In this document: positions 47,152 to 56,887 of the stretch, one piece after another
Layout of the letters: the number at the start of each line of letters is the position of its first letter
Position numbering within the stretch: the first letter of the stretch is position 1
Assembly: GCA_963717145.1 (NCBI GenBank)
Contig: OY970325.1
Location: 1,152,001 to 1,216,000, forward strand
Length of the DNA stretch: 64,000 bases
Reading direction: 5' to 3'
Origin: an uncultured Armatimonadetes bacterium
GTDB lineage: Bacteria; Armatimonadota; UBA5829; DTJY01
Translations under genes and position numbers: made by a program
Notes under the pieces: model-generated
What the model was told of the DNA's origin: nothing
Seen by the model: the letters and a program-made list of their open reading frames with translations, nothing else
Database searches by the model: none

Positions 47152-48282
47152 CTACTTCACTTCCACCGCGGGCGGGTTGACGTATCCGTGGTATCGTGTG
47201 CCCACTCCCGCGGTCTCAACATCGCCGGCGTGGATGTAGACCCTGTATGCAAACTTGAACTCCCCGCCCGACTTCACGACGTGGCTGCCATCCCACGATG
47301 GATCATTCTTGTACGCCGAGAGCGCGAACGGATTGGCGGTCATCAGTCCGTAGTTGCGCACGTGCCAGTACGTCGGATGCCGGAAGTTTGCGGGATTGTC
47401 GAAAACCGCTATGCCGACCGTGCGCCCATCAACGAGGCCGGAGTAATCGCACCAGTGTGCTCGCTTGCCCCAGTTCTCCGCCTCGGAGACCCCTCCACAG
47501 GAGTTGGTGATCACCCCGCCCTTGTCGCCGTCCATGGATGTCGCCACCCGGATCGAGCAGATGCCGCCCTCCTTGGTGTCGCCGAAGGTCAGGTCGCCCT
47601 CTGTCGCCCGGAAAACGACCGCCAAGTCTAAGACGCGTCCAGTGTCGGGAAGGTTGTAGACCGTTATGGTGCGCTCTTCCCGCAGAACCTTCCTACCCTG
47701 ATTGTCCACCCAGTCATTCAATGCCCTGACGCGCGCGAAGACCGGTCCGCTCGCCTTCTCCAGAAACTCACGATGCTGCTGAGAGGCATGACCGGTATCC
47801 TCCGACCAATTGTCCGAGCCGTTGATATCCCCGTGTGCCACCCACATCGACCGGTGATGCGCATGATCGCTCGTCTCGCCGGGCACATCCTTTATCATCG
47901 GGTAGTTGCGGGTGATTCCCTTACCCCCAGGGCCGAGGATAGGGTACAGAAACGGCCGCGCGTACTCATCGGCATAGTTGTAGGTCGTGAACGGCTCTCC
48001 ACCGATCCGGAACTCTATCCGCCCGTCCTCTTCAATCAGTTCGACCCCGGAACCGGGCGCAGCTTCAAACTCTGCGAGCCTGTACTCCCTCGACTCGCCG
48101 ACCTTCATCGGCTCGCAGATCCAGACGATCCGCTGACCGTCCACCTGCGCGGGAATCCTGACGCCGTGCGTCCCGATCAGGCCAACCGCCGATCCATGTC
48201 TCAATCCGGGGATCTCGACGGAGATCGGCGTACTCTGACAGGCGTGCCTGACCGCGGTCACTAGTATGCGCTTTCCGAGCAT
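47152..48282 (-). CDS. DUF6807 (so-called PmoA-like) family protein
   Basis: RPFLYP, DHAHHRSMW, FGDTKEGG, WCDYSG and WHVRNYGL.ANPF. Confidence 0.8.
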   Translation of the reverse strand: MLGKRILVTAVRHACQSTPISVEIPGLRHGSAVGLIGTHGVRIPAQVDGQRIVWICEPMKVGESREYRLAEFEAAPGSGVELIEEDGRIEFRIGGEPFTTYNYADEYARPFLYPILGPGGKGITRNYPMIKDVPGETSDHAHHRSMWVAHGDINGSDNWSEDTGHASQQHREFLEKASGPVFARVRALNDWVDNQGRKVLREERTITVYNLPDTGRVLDLAVVFRATEGDLTFGDTKEGGICSIRVATSMDGDKGGVITNSCGGVSEAENWGKRAHWCDYSGLVDGRTVGIAVFDNPANFRHPTYWHVRNYGLMTANPFALSAYKNDPSWDGSHVVKSGGEFKFAYRVYIHAGDVETAGVGTRYHGYVNPPAVEVK

Positions 48283-48342
48283 CGAAGGCCTCCGAATGAT
48301 CTGTTCACCTCGGGGTTTTCAATCTCCTGCCCTGCATCCAGG

Positions 48343-48372
48343 TTGACATGGCACTGGTGGCTCGTCTATGCT
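48343..48372 (+). promoter_or_regulatory. sigma70 promoter
   Basis: TTGACA-N18-TATGCT. Confidence 0.6.
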
Positions 48373-48405
48373 CAGAGTCAGACCGATGCCTGAGGTGCTG
48401 AAACA

Positions 48406-49401
48406 ATGAAGATTCTCGTACTCCCGCCCCCGGCCCTTCGAGAGAGGCTGTTCGCCCCTGAGGTCGAAGAGCGTCTAAGGGCGGTCGGCGATCTGACGCT
48501 CAATCCCGAGGAGCGAAACTACACGAAAGAGGAACTCGCCGATATCGTCCCCGGCCACGATGCCGCGATCACGAGTTGGGGGTCGCCGCAATTCGCCCCC
48601 GAGGTCGTGGAGCGCGCCGACAAGCTGGCGGTGATCTCCCACGCCGCCGGATCACCGCAGGGATTGATCACACCGGCGGTCTTCGAGCGGGGGATCGCCG
48701 TTTGCACCGGGCAGCCCGCGATGGCGATCTCCGTCGCCGCCATGACGGTCGCCATGATGGAGATCATGCTGCGAAACGTCGTCAACTGGGCGGTCAACAT
48801 CCGGGAGAAGCGGTGTTTCCGCCCTCAGGGAGTGGCGGGCGCACGGGAACTCAACGGCAAGCGCGTCGGCATTATCGGGGCGAGCCTCATCGGGCGCGAG
48901 GTGATCCGCTATATCGCTCCGTGGGACGTGGAGCTGTGGATCGCGGACCCGTACCTGTGCGCCGAGGATGCCGAGCGGCTCGGGGCGAGGAAGGTCTCAC
49001 TCGACGAACTGATGGCGGAGTGCGACGTGATCAGCCTGCACGCGCCGTCGAATCAGTCGACGCGCGGCATGATCACCCGCAAGCACCTGGAGTCGATCAG
49101 GGAGGGCGCGGTGTTCATCAACACGGCCAGGGGGGCGATCATCGACCACGGCGCGCTTCTCGATGAGCTGCGGACCGGACGGTTCTCGGCGGCCCTCGAT
49201 GTGACCGATCCCGAGCCGCTCCCTCAGGGCCACGAGATGTACTCGCTCCCGAACGTCGTGTTCACGCCGCACATCAGCGGGGGGACGCCCGAAATGGTCC
49301 GCCGCCAGGGTGAGGAGTCCGTGCGCAACCTCGAACTCTTCTTCACCGGCCACAAGCCGAACCGCCTCGTCACCGCCGAGATGATGGAGCGGATCGCCTG
49401 A
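48406..49401 (+). CDS. D-2-hydroxyacid dehydrogenase family
   Basis: GIIGASLIG, INTARG, ALDVTDPEPL and TPHISG. Confidence 0.93.
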   Translation: MKILVLPPPALRERLFAPEVEERLRAVGDLTLNPEERNYTKEELADIVPGHDAAITSWGSPQFAPEVVERADKLAVISHAAGSPQGLITPAVFERGIAVCTGQPAMAISVAAMTVAMMEIMLRNVVNWAVNIREKRCFRPQGVAGARELNGKRVGIIGASLIGREVIRYIAPWDVELWIADPYLCAEDAERLGARKVSLDELMAECDVISLHAPSNQSTRGMITRKHLESIREGAVFINTARGAIIDHGALLDELRTGRFSAALDVTDPEPLPQGHEMYSLPNVVFTPHISGGTPEMVRRQGEESVRNLELFFTGHKPNRLVTAEMMERIA

Positions 49402-49433
49402 CCTTGGAGTGCGATGGCTCGACATCACTTTGG
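49402..49433 (+). repeat. TTGGAGTGCG-type REP-like element
   Basis: ccttggagtgcgatggctcgacatcactttgg, between convergent genes. Confidence 0.45.
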
Positions 49434-49447
49434 TCTGTAGACACCGA

Positions 49448-50644
49448 TCAGCGGCCGTTCGGTTTCCCGACTGAAGGAACCAGGGGCGTCTTGTAGACGA
49501 GCCCCGACCCCGCATTGACGCAGAGGATTCTACCATCGTCGCTGAACTTTAGGAAGGGCAGGTCGACGTCCTCGGGCACTCCGGCACCGGAGAGCTTCCA
49601 GCGCTTGATCAGGACTCCGTCGGTGCGGACCTGGCACAGATATCGGGCATCCGGTTCCGACGTCGTGAACATCGCATACAGACCGTCCGGCGATACCCAC
49701 AGATCATCGTGGCACGTCCATATCCCAAGAGCTGCCGGAGATCTCCAGACGACTGATCCGTATCCATCGAGGAGCGTGACCCGATCCTGGGTGGCCGTAT
49801 CCTCGCCCACAAGGATGTGCATGCCCGACCGGTCGATGGCCACGGACGCCGTGTCCATGTACTTCCGCCATCGCTCCTTGCCGGCACCATCATGCACGGC
49901 AACCACGGGTTTCAGCCCGTGCTCCGTCAGTATCCTTCCGCGGAGGACGAGGCGTTCTGCCCCTTCAGAGATAACTGCCTCCGATGGGCGGAAGGGAATG
50001 CTCCACATGGTGCGGCCCGCGCGGTCGATCAGCATGGCCGGTTCTTCCGCGGTCAGCAAGAGTATGCGCATGCCGTCCGGAGAGAACTTGCCGCCAGCGC
50101 GCGGCAGGTCATTCTTGCCCCAGAGCGCTCCACCGTCGGAGGTATGAAGTAGTTGAAGCTCCCTCCTCCCTGGGCCACTGATGAGCATGACGTCGCCGGA
50201 CGCAGAGAATCCGGCCAGGACTCCCCGTAACCGTTTCTCCCACATCACCTGCCCGCTGCCGTCAAACGCCAGCACCTGTGCATCTTCACTCTCAGTGATA
50301 GGAACGTTCAGCCGTAGAACGACGAGCGTCTTATCGGATGCGATCGGCATCGCTTCCATAAGGTAGACCTCACGTCCTCGGATTGTCTCGGGCGGATCGT
50401 AGCTCCACAGTATCTTTCCGGAATCGTCGCGAAGAGTGAGGACGTCCCCGGAGATCAGTGCGATTCTACTCCCATCAGGCGACACTTCGATCGGCTGTAC
50501 CCAGCCGGCCGGATCCCAGGTGAATGCAGGGGCCAACACGTTAGTCGGAATGGATGGAAGAGACTTCGCCTCGCACGAGATCTCCAGCAGTATACATGCG
50601 ACAGCAAGCGCCGCCACTGCCCATGATCTTGATTTGATCGCCAT
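49448..50644 (-). CDS. Secreted PQQ-like beta-propeller protein
   Basis: Signal-like N-terminus; repeated SPDG and D.sG...W blades. Confidence 0.65.
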   Translation of the reverse strand: MAIKSRSWAVAALAVACILLEISCEAKSLPSIPTNVLAPAFTWDPAGWVQPIEVSPDGSRIALISGDVLTLRDDSGKILWSYDPPETIRGREVYLMEAMPIASDKTLVVLRLNVPITESEDAQVLAFDGSGQVMWEKRLRGVLAGFSASGDVMLISGPGRRELQLLHTSDGGALWGKNDLPRAGGKFSPDGMRILLLTAEEPAMLIDRAGRTMWSIPFRPSEAVISEGAERLVLRGRILTEHGLKPVVAVHDGAGKERWRKYMDTASVAIDRSGMHILVGEDTATQDRVTLLDGYGSVVWRSPAALGIWTCHDDLWVSPDGLYAMFTTSEPDARYLCQVRTDGVLIKRWKLSGAGVPEDVDLPFLKFSDDGRILCVNAGSGLVYKTPLVPSVGKPNGR

Positions 50645-50664
50645 CGGCTTACCCCTCCAACTGT

Positions 50665-51468
50665 CTACTGCTCACCGCTCTCCTGATGGTATGCGAACGC
50701 GTTGTGCTGGTGGATAGATTCTTCCGACTCGCACTCGACCTCGAACCATCGGATGCGCTCGTCCTTCTGGAGGGACAGCACACAATCGCGGACGACGTCC
50801 TCGACGAACCTGGGGTTGTGGAACGCGTGCTCGGTAACGTACTTCTCGTCCTCGCGCTTGAGGAGCGGATAGATCTCCGCGCTGCCCTGTCGCTCCAGGA
50901 GGCGGACGATCTCCTCGATCCATACGAACTTCCCCGGCACGAACCGGATGTTCGCGCGAATGTTCGCGCGTTGATTGTGAGCGCCTACCTCCGAGATCTC
51001 CTTGCTGCACGGGCAGACCGTCTGCACCGGCGCCTCGACTCCGAGCATGAAATCGAACTCCCCATCGAGACTCCCGGAAAAACAGGTCTGGTAGCCGAGC
51101 ATGCTCGACAGCTTCGAGACAGGCGACTGCTTTTCCATGAAGTACTTGAAGCCGATATCCGCGTGAGCGGTCTCGGCCTTGAGCAGGCTCTTCGTCTGCT
51201 GGAGGATCGATTTCACTTCAGGGCCGGAGATGGGCCGGTTACGCCACTCCTCGATGATCTCGATGAAGCGACTCATGTGCGTGCCCTTGAAGTAGTGCGG
51301 AAGTCCGGCGGTCAGAGTCGCTGAGGCGAGGACGGTCTGATGCCCGTCATTGATCCCCTTGATCTGGAACGGAATCTCGACTCCCTTGACTCCGACTCGC
51401 TGGAGCGGCACGCGCCTTCTATCGGCGCGGCTCTGTGTATCCTTGAGCGCCCCCGGTGTTACTCTCAA
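50665..51468 (-). CDS. folE2: GTP cyclohydrolase IB
   Basis: KGTHMSRF, CPCSK, AHNQR, LKREDEK, FVEDVVR and ESIHQHNA. Confidence 0.95.
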   Translation of the reverse strand: MRVTPGALKDTQSRADRRRVPLQRVGVKGVEIPFQIKGINDGHQTVLASATLTAGLPHYFKGTHMSRFIEIIEEWRNRPISGPEVKSILQQTKSLLKAETAHADIGFKYFMEKQSPVSKLSSMLGYQTCFSGSLDGEFDFMLGVEAPVQTVCPCSKEISEVGAHNQRANIRANIRFVPGKFVWIEEIVRLLERQGSAEIYPLLKREDEKYVTEHAFHNPRFVEDVVRDCVLSLQKDERIRWFEVECESEESIHQHNAFAYHQESGEQ

Positions 51469-51772
51469 TGTCTTTGTTATCCTCTTCTATCTCCATGCCG
51501 CGCTGCTTTGCGAGCCAGCGATCATGTTCCTCGAGCAGGTCGAGATACTCCTCCTGCAGTTCGGGGATAGGGAGCGCATGAGCGGTCAGGCACTGCGTCT
51601 GCTGCTGGATGGCCCAGCAGTTCCCTTCCTCATCATCGAACATGAGCTGGACATCGTGCTCTCGGACGGCCACGACTTTGAACTCGGGTACCGTCCCCGT
51701 CCACTCCAGCGGCTTCATTATGAGGTCATGATACCGTATTCCGAGCAGGTCGAGCAATTCCAGGGTCTCAGG

Positions 51773-53272
51773 GAAAGAGTTCACGATCGTTGATAGTGAA
51801 GTTTGTCAGGCTGGATCGGTCGCGGGTGTCTGAGGAACGCCCATGAGCATCCGCCGGCATGACTCCATCGCATCTTCACCACGCAAGTGCCAGGTCCCGA
51901 ATAGACTCATCAGCGCCATGCGGGTCTCAGATCCCTTGGCCGACCGTGTGCCGCCGCTGATCTTGCGAGCCGTTACCGCAGGCCGGATCGCTCGCTCGGC
52001 CGCGTTGTTCTCGCTTGGTACTTCCGGACATTCTACGAAGACAAACAGCTCCGGCAGGAACCTCTCGATCCGCTGAGCCAGTATCCGCTGGGGAACATCC
52101 CGCTTCAGGTATGGCCTGGCGAGCCGATACAACTCTTCCTCGAATGCGATCCGCTGCTCGTGCCGAGCCTTCGACTCCTCGTTCGAATATCTCTTCGCGC
52201 GCCTGTAAACGGCCTTGACCTTGCCGGCCCAGACTGCTACCCCTCTCTTGTCAGGGTTCGCCTCGACGAGCGTTCGCAAGTCCCGCAGGTAGTGCACCCA
52301 ACACCGCTGATGCCAACCGAGCAGCACGTTGTAGCCGCAGTAGAAGTCGCTTACGACTACACCCTCGTAGTCCTCTCCCAGCACGTCTTTTGCGACCTGG
52401 CCGCTCCGACTCTTGTTTCGGACGAAGTAGCGCACGCGTGGCGTCGTGAAGCTCCAGATGTATCCGTTCTTCCCATCTTCCCGCCAGCCGGTCTCATCCG
52501 CGTTCACCGTAGGGCTTCCTCTGACTGCTTGCAGAAGTTTCTCTACCTCCGGCTTGCCCATGGAGGCCACCTTCTGGAGTATCTTCGCGATCTCTCCGAG
52601 CCCGAGATGCAGACCGTAGAGTGATTCCAGAAGCTTCTGCACACGCTCGACCGGCATTCTACCGACCGTGTGGAGATAGCTCACCAGGCTCATCAGCCGG
52701 ATGCCCACCCGGTGTGTCCCGACCACCTCTTCGGAGAGGTCGAGCTTCGGCACGTGTATCTTGTGGCAGACTCCGCAGTACCGTCCGATCACCAGGTGCT
52801 CGATGATCCTGACCGGCATCACCGGTATCTCGATCACCTGCCGGCTGTGATGCACCGTGCCGCCGGAGAGCTTCCTTCCGCAGTCGGGACAGGTGTCGAG
52901 CGCGTGATCCACGATCTCAGTCGGAGTCTCCCTCAGCCGTGCAAACGACTTCTGCCGCTTCTTGCGATCCTTCTTCTTGCGCTCGGGCCGGTTTGCCTTC
53001 ACAAAGGCAGGTATCGTCCTGCCGCCGCCACCGAGCTTGGACCGGAGTTCTTCATTCTCCTTCTCAAGCGCTCGGACGCGTTCGGTCAGGGTGTCTACAC
53101 CTTCACGCAACTCCAGGACGGCCTGATGCTGCTCTCGGATCGCCTGGTGCTGCTCCAAGACGATGCCGATCAGTTCTTCTCTTGATAGGTTGCCGAGATC
53201 GTTCACAACCTACCATTCGACAGCCGATCCTGGGGTACCTTCCTCAGATTATCAATGATCGTGAACTCTTAC
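51773..53272 (-). mobile_element. IS66-family insertion sequence, single-ORF type, 1500 bp
   Basis: 23-bp terminal IRs GTAAGAGTTCACGATCATTGATA / GAAAGAGTTCACGATCGTTGATA; 8-bp target duplication GTCTCAGG at 51765-51772 and 53273-53280. Confidence 0.95.
51806..53206 (-). CDS. IS66 family DDE transposase
   Basis: Coiled coil, CPDC zinc finger, NADETGW, VSDFY, QRCWVH and NNAAERAIR. Confidence 0.95.
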   Translation of the reverse strand: MNDLGNLSREELIGIVLEQHQAIREQHQAVLELREGVDTLTERVRALEKENEELRSKLGGGGRTIPAFVKANRPERKKKDRKKRQKSFARLRETPTEIVDHALDTCPDCGRKLSGGTVHHSRQVIEIPVMPVRIIEHLVIGRYCGVCHKIHVPKLDLSEEVVGTHRVGIRLMSLVSYLHTVGRMPVERVQKLLESLYGLHLGLGEIAKILQKVASMGKPEVEKLLQAVRGSPTVNADETGWREDGKNGYIWSFTTPRVRYFVRNKSRSGQVAKDVLGEDYEGVVVSDFYCGYNVLLGWHQRCWVHYLRDLRTLVEANPDKRGVAVWAGKVKAVYRRAKRYSNEESKARHEQRIAFEEELYRLARPYLKRDVPQRILAQRIERFLPELFVFVECPEVPSENNAAERAIRPAVTARKISGGTRSAKGSETRMALMSLFGTWHLRGEDAMESCRRMLMGVPQTPATDPA

Positions 53273-53474
53273 GTCTCAGGACGCCGCCCCTCGTCGCGAG
53301 CGGTGATGATCGCGACGTAGTTCTTCGCGTCGAGGATCGAATCGATCAGCCGCTTGAAATGTGAGGGCGCCTGCGTAATCGTGCCGTCGATATCTATGCC
53401 GAAGCGTAACTGGCGGACTACCGGCTTTTTCTCGCTCATGTGTACATCCCCAGTGCATCATACCCAGACGCGCC

Positions 53475-55217
53475 CTACCATCCGCCGGCATAGCCGGTCT
53501 CGAGTCGAGGGGAGGCAGCGCCCTCTATGAGCCCGTCGGTTATACGAATGCCGAGCACGCGGCCGTTGCTCCATGGGCCGTTGACGACCAGGTCATGCCC
53601 GCGCCGGCTCAGCTCATCGCGCACGGCCTCGGGTATTCGATCCTCGACGGTCACGCGCTTGACAGCCATGGAGCGCGGATAGAAGCTGCTCGGGAAGTGG
53701 CTCGTGTGGAACGTGGGCGCGTCGATCGCCTCCTGCAGGTCCATCCCGAAGTCCACGACGTTGAGGAAGAACTGAAGCGTCCACTGGTCCTGCTGGTCGC
53801 CGCCGGGAGTACCGAGCGCCATGAACGGCTTTCCGTCTCTCATGGCGAGCGATGGCGTCAGTGTCGTGCGGGGTCGCTTCCCGGGCTGGAGGGCGTTCGG
53901 CCTTCTCTCGTCGAGGAAGAACATCTGGCCGCGCGTGCCGAGCGGGAATCCGACTCCCGCGACCACCGGTGACGTCTGAAGCCATCCGCCGCTCGGCGTG
54001 GCGGACATCATGTTGCCCTGGGCATCGATCACGTCCAGGTGAGTTGTGTCATGATCGTGATTCGGCAGGTGAGACTTCGCGGAAGACGGGTCGTAGGGGA
54101 GCGGATTTCTGCCGACATCGCCGGGCCTGAAGTCGGGTGATGCCATCGACGGGTCGATCAGGCCGCGTCGGCCATCGGCATACTCCTTCGAGAGGAGTAT
54201 GTCCATGGGCACGTCATCGAACTCGGGATCGCCGTAGTAGGCCTCGCGATCGGCAAACGCGAGCTTGGCGCATTCGACCAGCGTATGGATGTAGTCCGCG
54301 GAATTGTGGCCGAGCGCCCTGAGATCGAATCCTTCGAGCAATGCAAGCTGCTGGAGCATAACCGGGCCCTGACACCACGGCCCGCACTTGAGCACATCGA
54401 TCCCCCGGTAGTTCACGACCTCGGGCGTCTCGACCTTGGCGGAGTAGCCGGCCATATCATCGTACTCGAGGAGTCCGCGATGCGGCTTGCCGGTCGAGTC
54501 CATGATCTCGGTGCATGCGACGAACTCGGCGATCCCCTCCGCGATCTCGCCCTTGTAGTAGAAGTCGCGCGCAGCCTGCAGTCCGGCATCACGCCCGCCC
54601 CGAGCGCCTTGCTTCTCGGCATTGAGGAGCTTCCTGAACGTAGATGCGAGCAGGGGCTGGCCGAAGATCTCACCGATCTCGGGCACTCGGCCGCCGGGAA
54701 GAAACACCTCGGCGGAGGTCGGCCAGTCCTTGAGGAACGCCTCCCGCTTGGCGACGAGGATCTCCCGGAGCATGTTGTACATGGGGAAGCCGTTCTCCGC
54801 GAGGTCGAGCGCCGGGGCGAGCACCTGCGCCAGTGACATCGTGCCGAACTCGCGCAGGGCGGTCACCCATGAGTCGAAGGCGGCCGGCACGGTCGCCGGG
54901 AGGAAGCCGTTGCCGGGAATGAGATCGATCCCCTGTTCGCGGAACCATTCGATGGTGGCTCGGCGGGGAGCGGTCCCATGCCCGTTGATGGAGAAAGCCT
55001 TCCCGCGCTCGGCGGAGTAGATCAGGATCGGAGCTTCGCCGCCAGGGCCGTTCTGATGCGGCTCGAGGACGTGCTCGCAGAAGCCCGCCGCGACCCCGGC
55101 GTCGATCGCATTCCCGCCGGATCGGAGGATGTGCACCCCGGCCTCGGTCGCCAGGTAGTGTCCCGCCGCGATAACTCCATGCGTGCCTCTGATAACCGGC
55201 CGGGTGGTGAATGCCAT
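53475..55217 (-). CDS. ggt: Gamma-glutamyltransferase family protein
   Basis: GGNAIDAGVA, LAFADR, DTTH autocleavage site, PGKRPRTTLTP and GTPGGDQQ. Confidence 0.92.
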   Translation of the reverse strand: MAFTTRPVIRGTHGVIAAGHYLATEAGVHILRSGGNAIDAGVAAGFCEHVLEPHQNGPGGEAPILIYSAERGKAFSINGHGTAPRRATIEWFREQGIDLIPGNGFLPATVPAAFDSWVTALREFGTMSLAQVLAPALDLAENGFPMYNMLREILVAKREAFLKDWPTSAEVFLPGGRVPEIGEIFGQPLLASTFRKLLNAEKQGARGGRDAGLQAARDFYYKGEIAEGIAEFVACTEIMDSTGKPHRGLLEYDDMAGYSAKVETPEVVNYRGIDVLKCGPWCQGPVMLQQLALLEGFDLRALGHNSADYIHTLVECAKLAFADREAYYGDPEFDDVPMDILLSKEYADGRRGLIDPSMASPDFRPGDVGRNPLPYDPSSAKSHLPNHDHDTTHLDVIDAQGNMMSATPSGGWLQTSPVVAGVGFPLGTRGQMFFLDERRPNALQPGKRPRTTLTPSLAMRDGKPFMALGTPGGDQQDQWTLQFFLNVVDFGMDLQEAIDAPTFHTSHFPSSFYPRSMAVKRVTVEDRIPEAVRDELSRRGHDLVVNGPWSNGRVLGIRITDGLIEGAASPRLETGYAGGW

Positions 55218-55252
55218 GTCAACTCCTACTCATACTCATGCTCGTACTCAAC

Positions 55253-55353
55253 CCGTTCGGGCAGGAGTTGTACTCCTGCCCGCAGCACTGCCTCCGGGAG
55301 TTCAACTCCCACATCCAGTCTTGCGGGCAGGAGTACAACTCCTGCCCGAACGG
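55253..55353. repeat. Palindromic REP-like pair (GGAGTT..ACTCC core)
   Basis: Perfect 32-bp arms ccgttcgggcaggagttgtactcctgcccgca, with a third core gggagttcaactccc in the loop. Confidence 0.9.
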
Positions 55354-55391
55354 TCGGGATTACCGGAAACAATCATCCCGGAGAATCCGTC

Positions 55392-56756
55392 CTACTCCAA
55401 CTCGCTCACCGCTGATAGAACCGCACTCGCATCGGAGAGGCCGCTCAGGCGGTCCTTCGCGAATACGGGAGGGATGAAGGCTCGTCCGATCTGGGTGAAA
55501 AACGTGTTCTTCGCCGCTCGATCGTCCCCGAATGCCGCCTGCGCCTTCTCGCTGAAGTAACCGAAGTCGGCGTATCGAGCCAACACCGTGTGCCCGTAGA
55601 GACACCGCGCGCCATCCACGAAGTCCCGGCGATATGGCAGCAGTTCGGGTGCATTGAAGTTGTCCACGAACGGCAGGCCGGCTTTGTTCATCTCGGTGCC
55701 GACGGACATCGGCAGGTGGAACTTGCGCGCGCCTTCCACGACTTCCTTCAGCTTCCGTGTCTTGAGCGCCTTCTCGTCCGCGTTCTTGATGTTCCAGTTC
55801 CGGTCGGGGATGATATTGAGCGAGACGCACCCCTTCGAGATCAAAAGCCCCAGGAACGCGTCGGTGTCCTCCTCCCCGGGATTCGTGCCGTCGAGCCAGG
55901 CGATCATGGGAAGAGCCTCCATGCCGCGCATCATCTTGATCGCATCCTCGATGCTCGGGAAACTGCCACTTGTCGGCGGCACATACCCTACCCCGCCGAA
56001 CTTCATCAACTTGGAACGCATCTTCTCGTGGAGTTTCGGCGTGTCGGTAAGCAGTGCCGCCATCTCGTTCTTCGGGACTCCCAGCTTCTCAGCCCAGAAC
56101 GCCGCAACCATCTCCGGCCCGAGGATCTCGCGAGCCTTCGCATCGTATGCGGCGAGCAGATGCCGCTCGGTGGCGTTCCCGGAGGGAGTGAGCGGAAGGG
56201 CGTCCGACTCGTAGTCGAGCATCACAGGATCGAGGTACACATTGACACGGCCAACCAGGGCGAGGTTTCGTTCGCGCGCGGTCTCGGCCATCGAATCGAG
56301 GATACTCTCGGCCTCGCTACCCTCAGGCGGGCGCTTGAAGCATCCCGAGGCCATGAAATATGCGATGCCGGGCTCGTTTGGCGAACTCATCACCTTATCC
56401 GCAAGTTCACTGACGAAGACCCGTGTCTCCATCCCCGCAACGGCCTTGAGACCGAGGAGTTCGCCGGTGGACAGGAACTCGTCCATGCCGTCGAGCACAT
56501 CGAAGTCGACGATTCCCGCCGCTTCGAGCCCGTACTTCACGCTCTCCCATGCGATCCGGCTCGGCGACCAGCCATTGGCATTGAAAGAGAAGGACGTGTG
56601 GTAGTGGAGGTTAACCTCCTCCTTCGGCGGCGGAACAGGCATGTGCCCGAGCTTAAGGCGGCGGACCAGTTCCTCCACAGCGTCGCGTCGCTCCTTGGGA
56701 TCGAAGCTGTTGAGCAGTTCCTCGAGTCGAGCCTGAATCTGAGTGATACTGGCCAA
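55392..56756 (-). CDS. PHP-domain-like metal-dependent hydrolase
   Basis: NLHYHT..S, GIVDFD and GMET N-terminal PHP motifs; start uncertain. Confidence 0.65.
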   Translation of the reverse strand: MASITQIQARLEELLNSFDPKERRDAVEELVRRLKLGHMPVPPPKEEVNLHYHTSFSFNANGWSPSRIAWESVKYGLEAAGIVDFDVLDGMDEFLSTGELLGLKAVAGMETRVFVSELADKVMSSPNEPGIAYFMASGCFKRPPEGSEAESILDSMAETARERNLALVGRVNVYLDPVMLDYESDALPLTPSGNATERHLLAAYDAKAREILGPEMVAAFWAEKLGVPKNEMAALLTDTPKLHEKMRSKLMKFGGVGYVPPTSGSFPSIEDAIKMMRGMEALPMIAWLDGTNPGEEDTDAFLGLLISKGCVSLNIIPDRNWNIKNADEKALKTRKLKEVVEGARKFHLPMSVGTEMNKAGLPFVDNFNAPELLPYRRDFVDGARCLYGHTVLARYADFGYFSEKAQAAFGDDRAAKNTFFTQIGRAFIPPVFAKDRLSGLSDASAVLSAVSELE

Positions 56757-56887
56757 GGTGGACACCCCCCACATCGAATGACGATTCATGAGCGCGGAGA
56801 GATGGGCGGTAACCGGCTCACTCCCCGCCTCAGGATACTATGGGGACGAAAGTCAGGTCAAGTCCATCATAGGCCCATTGTAGACGT

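Larger units (their letters stand above)
51419..53439 (-). pseudogene. HAD-superfamily phosphatase interrupted by IS66 (5' part 53273-53439, 3' part 51419-51772)
   Basis: MSEKKPVVRQLRFGIDIDGTIT...ITARDEGRRPET joins in frame with PETLELLDLLGIRYHDLIMKP...FK...MFDD across the target duplication. Confidence 0.85.

Noticed and set aside
47152-48282. Particulate methane monooxygenase
   Set aside because: This is a soluble DUF6807-type protein with a misleading family name; it has no TM helices and there are no pmoB/pmoC genes.
51419-51784. Stand-alone 121-aa gene
   Set aside because: Its start lies in the IS terminal repeat; it is the 3' half of the interrupted HAD gene.
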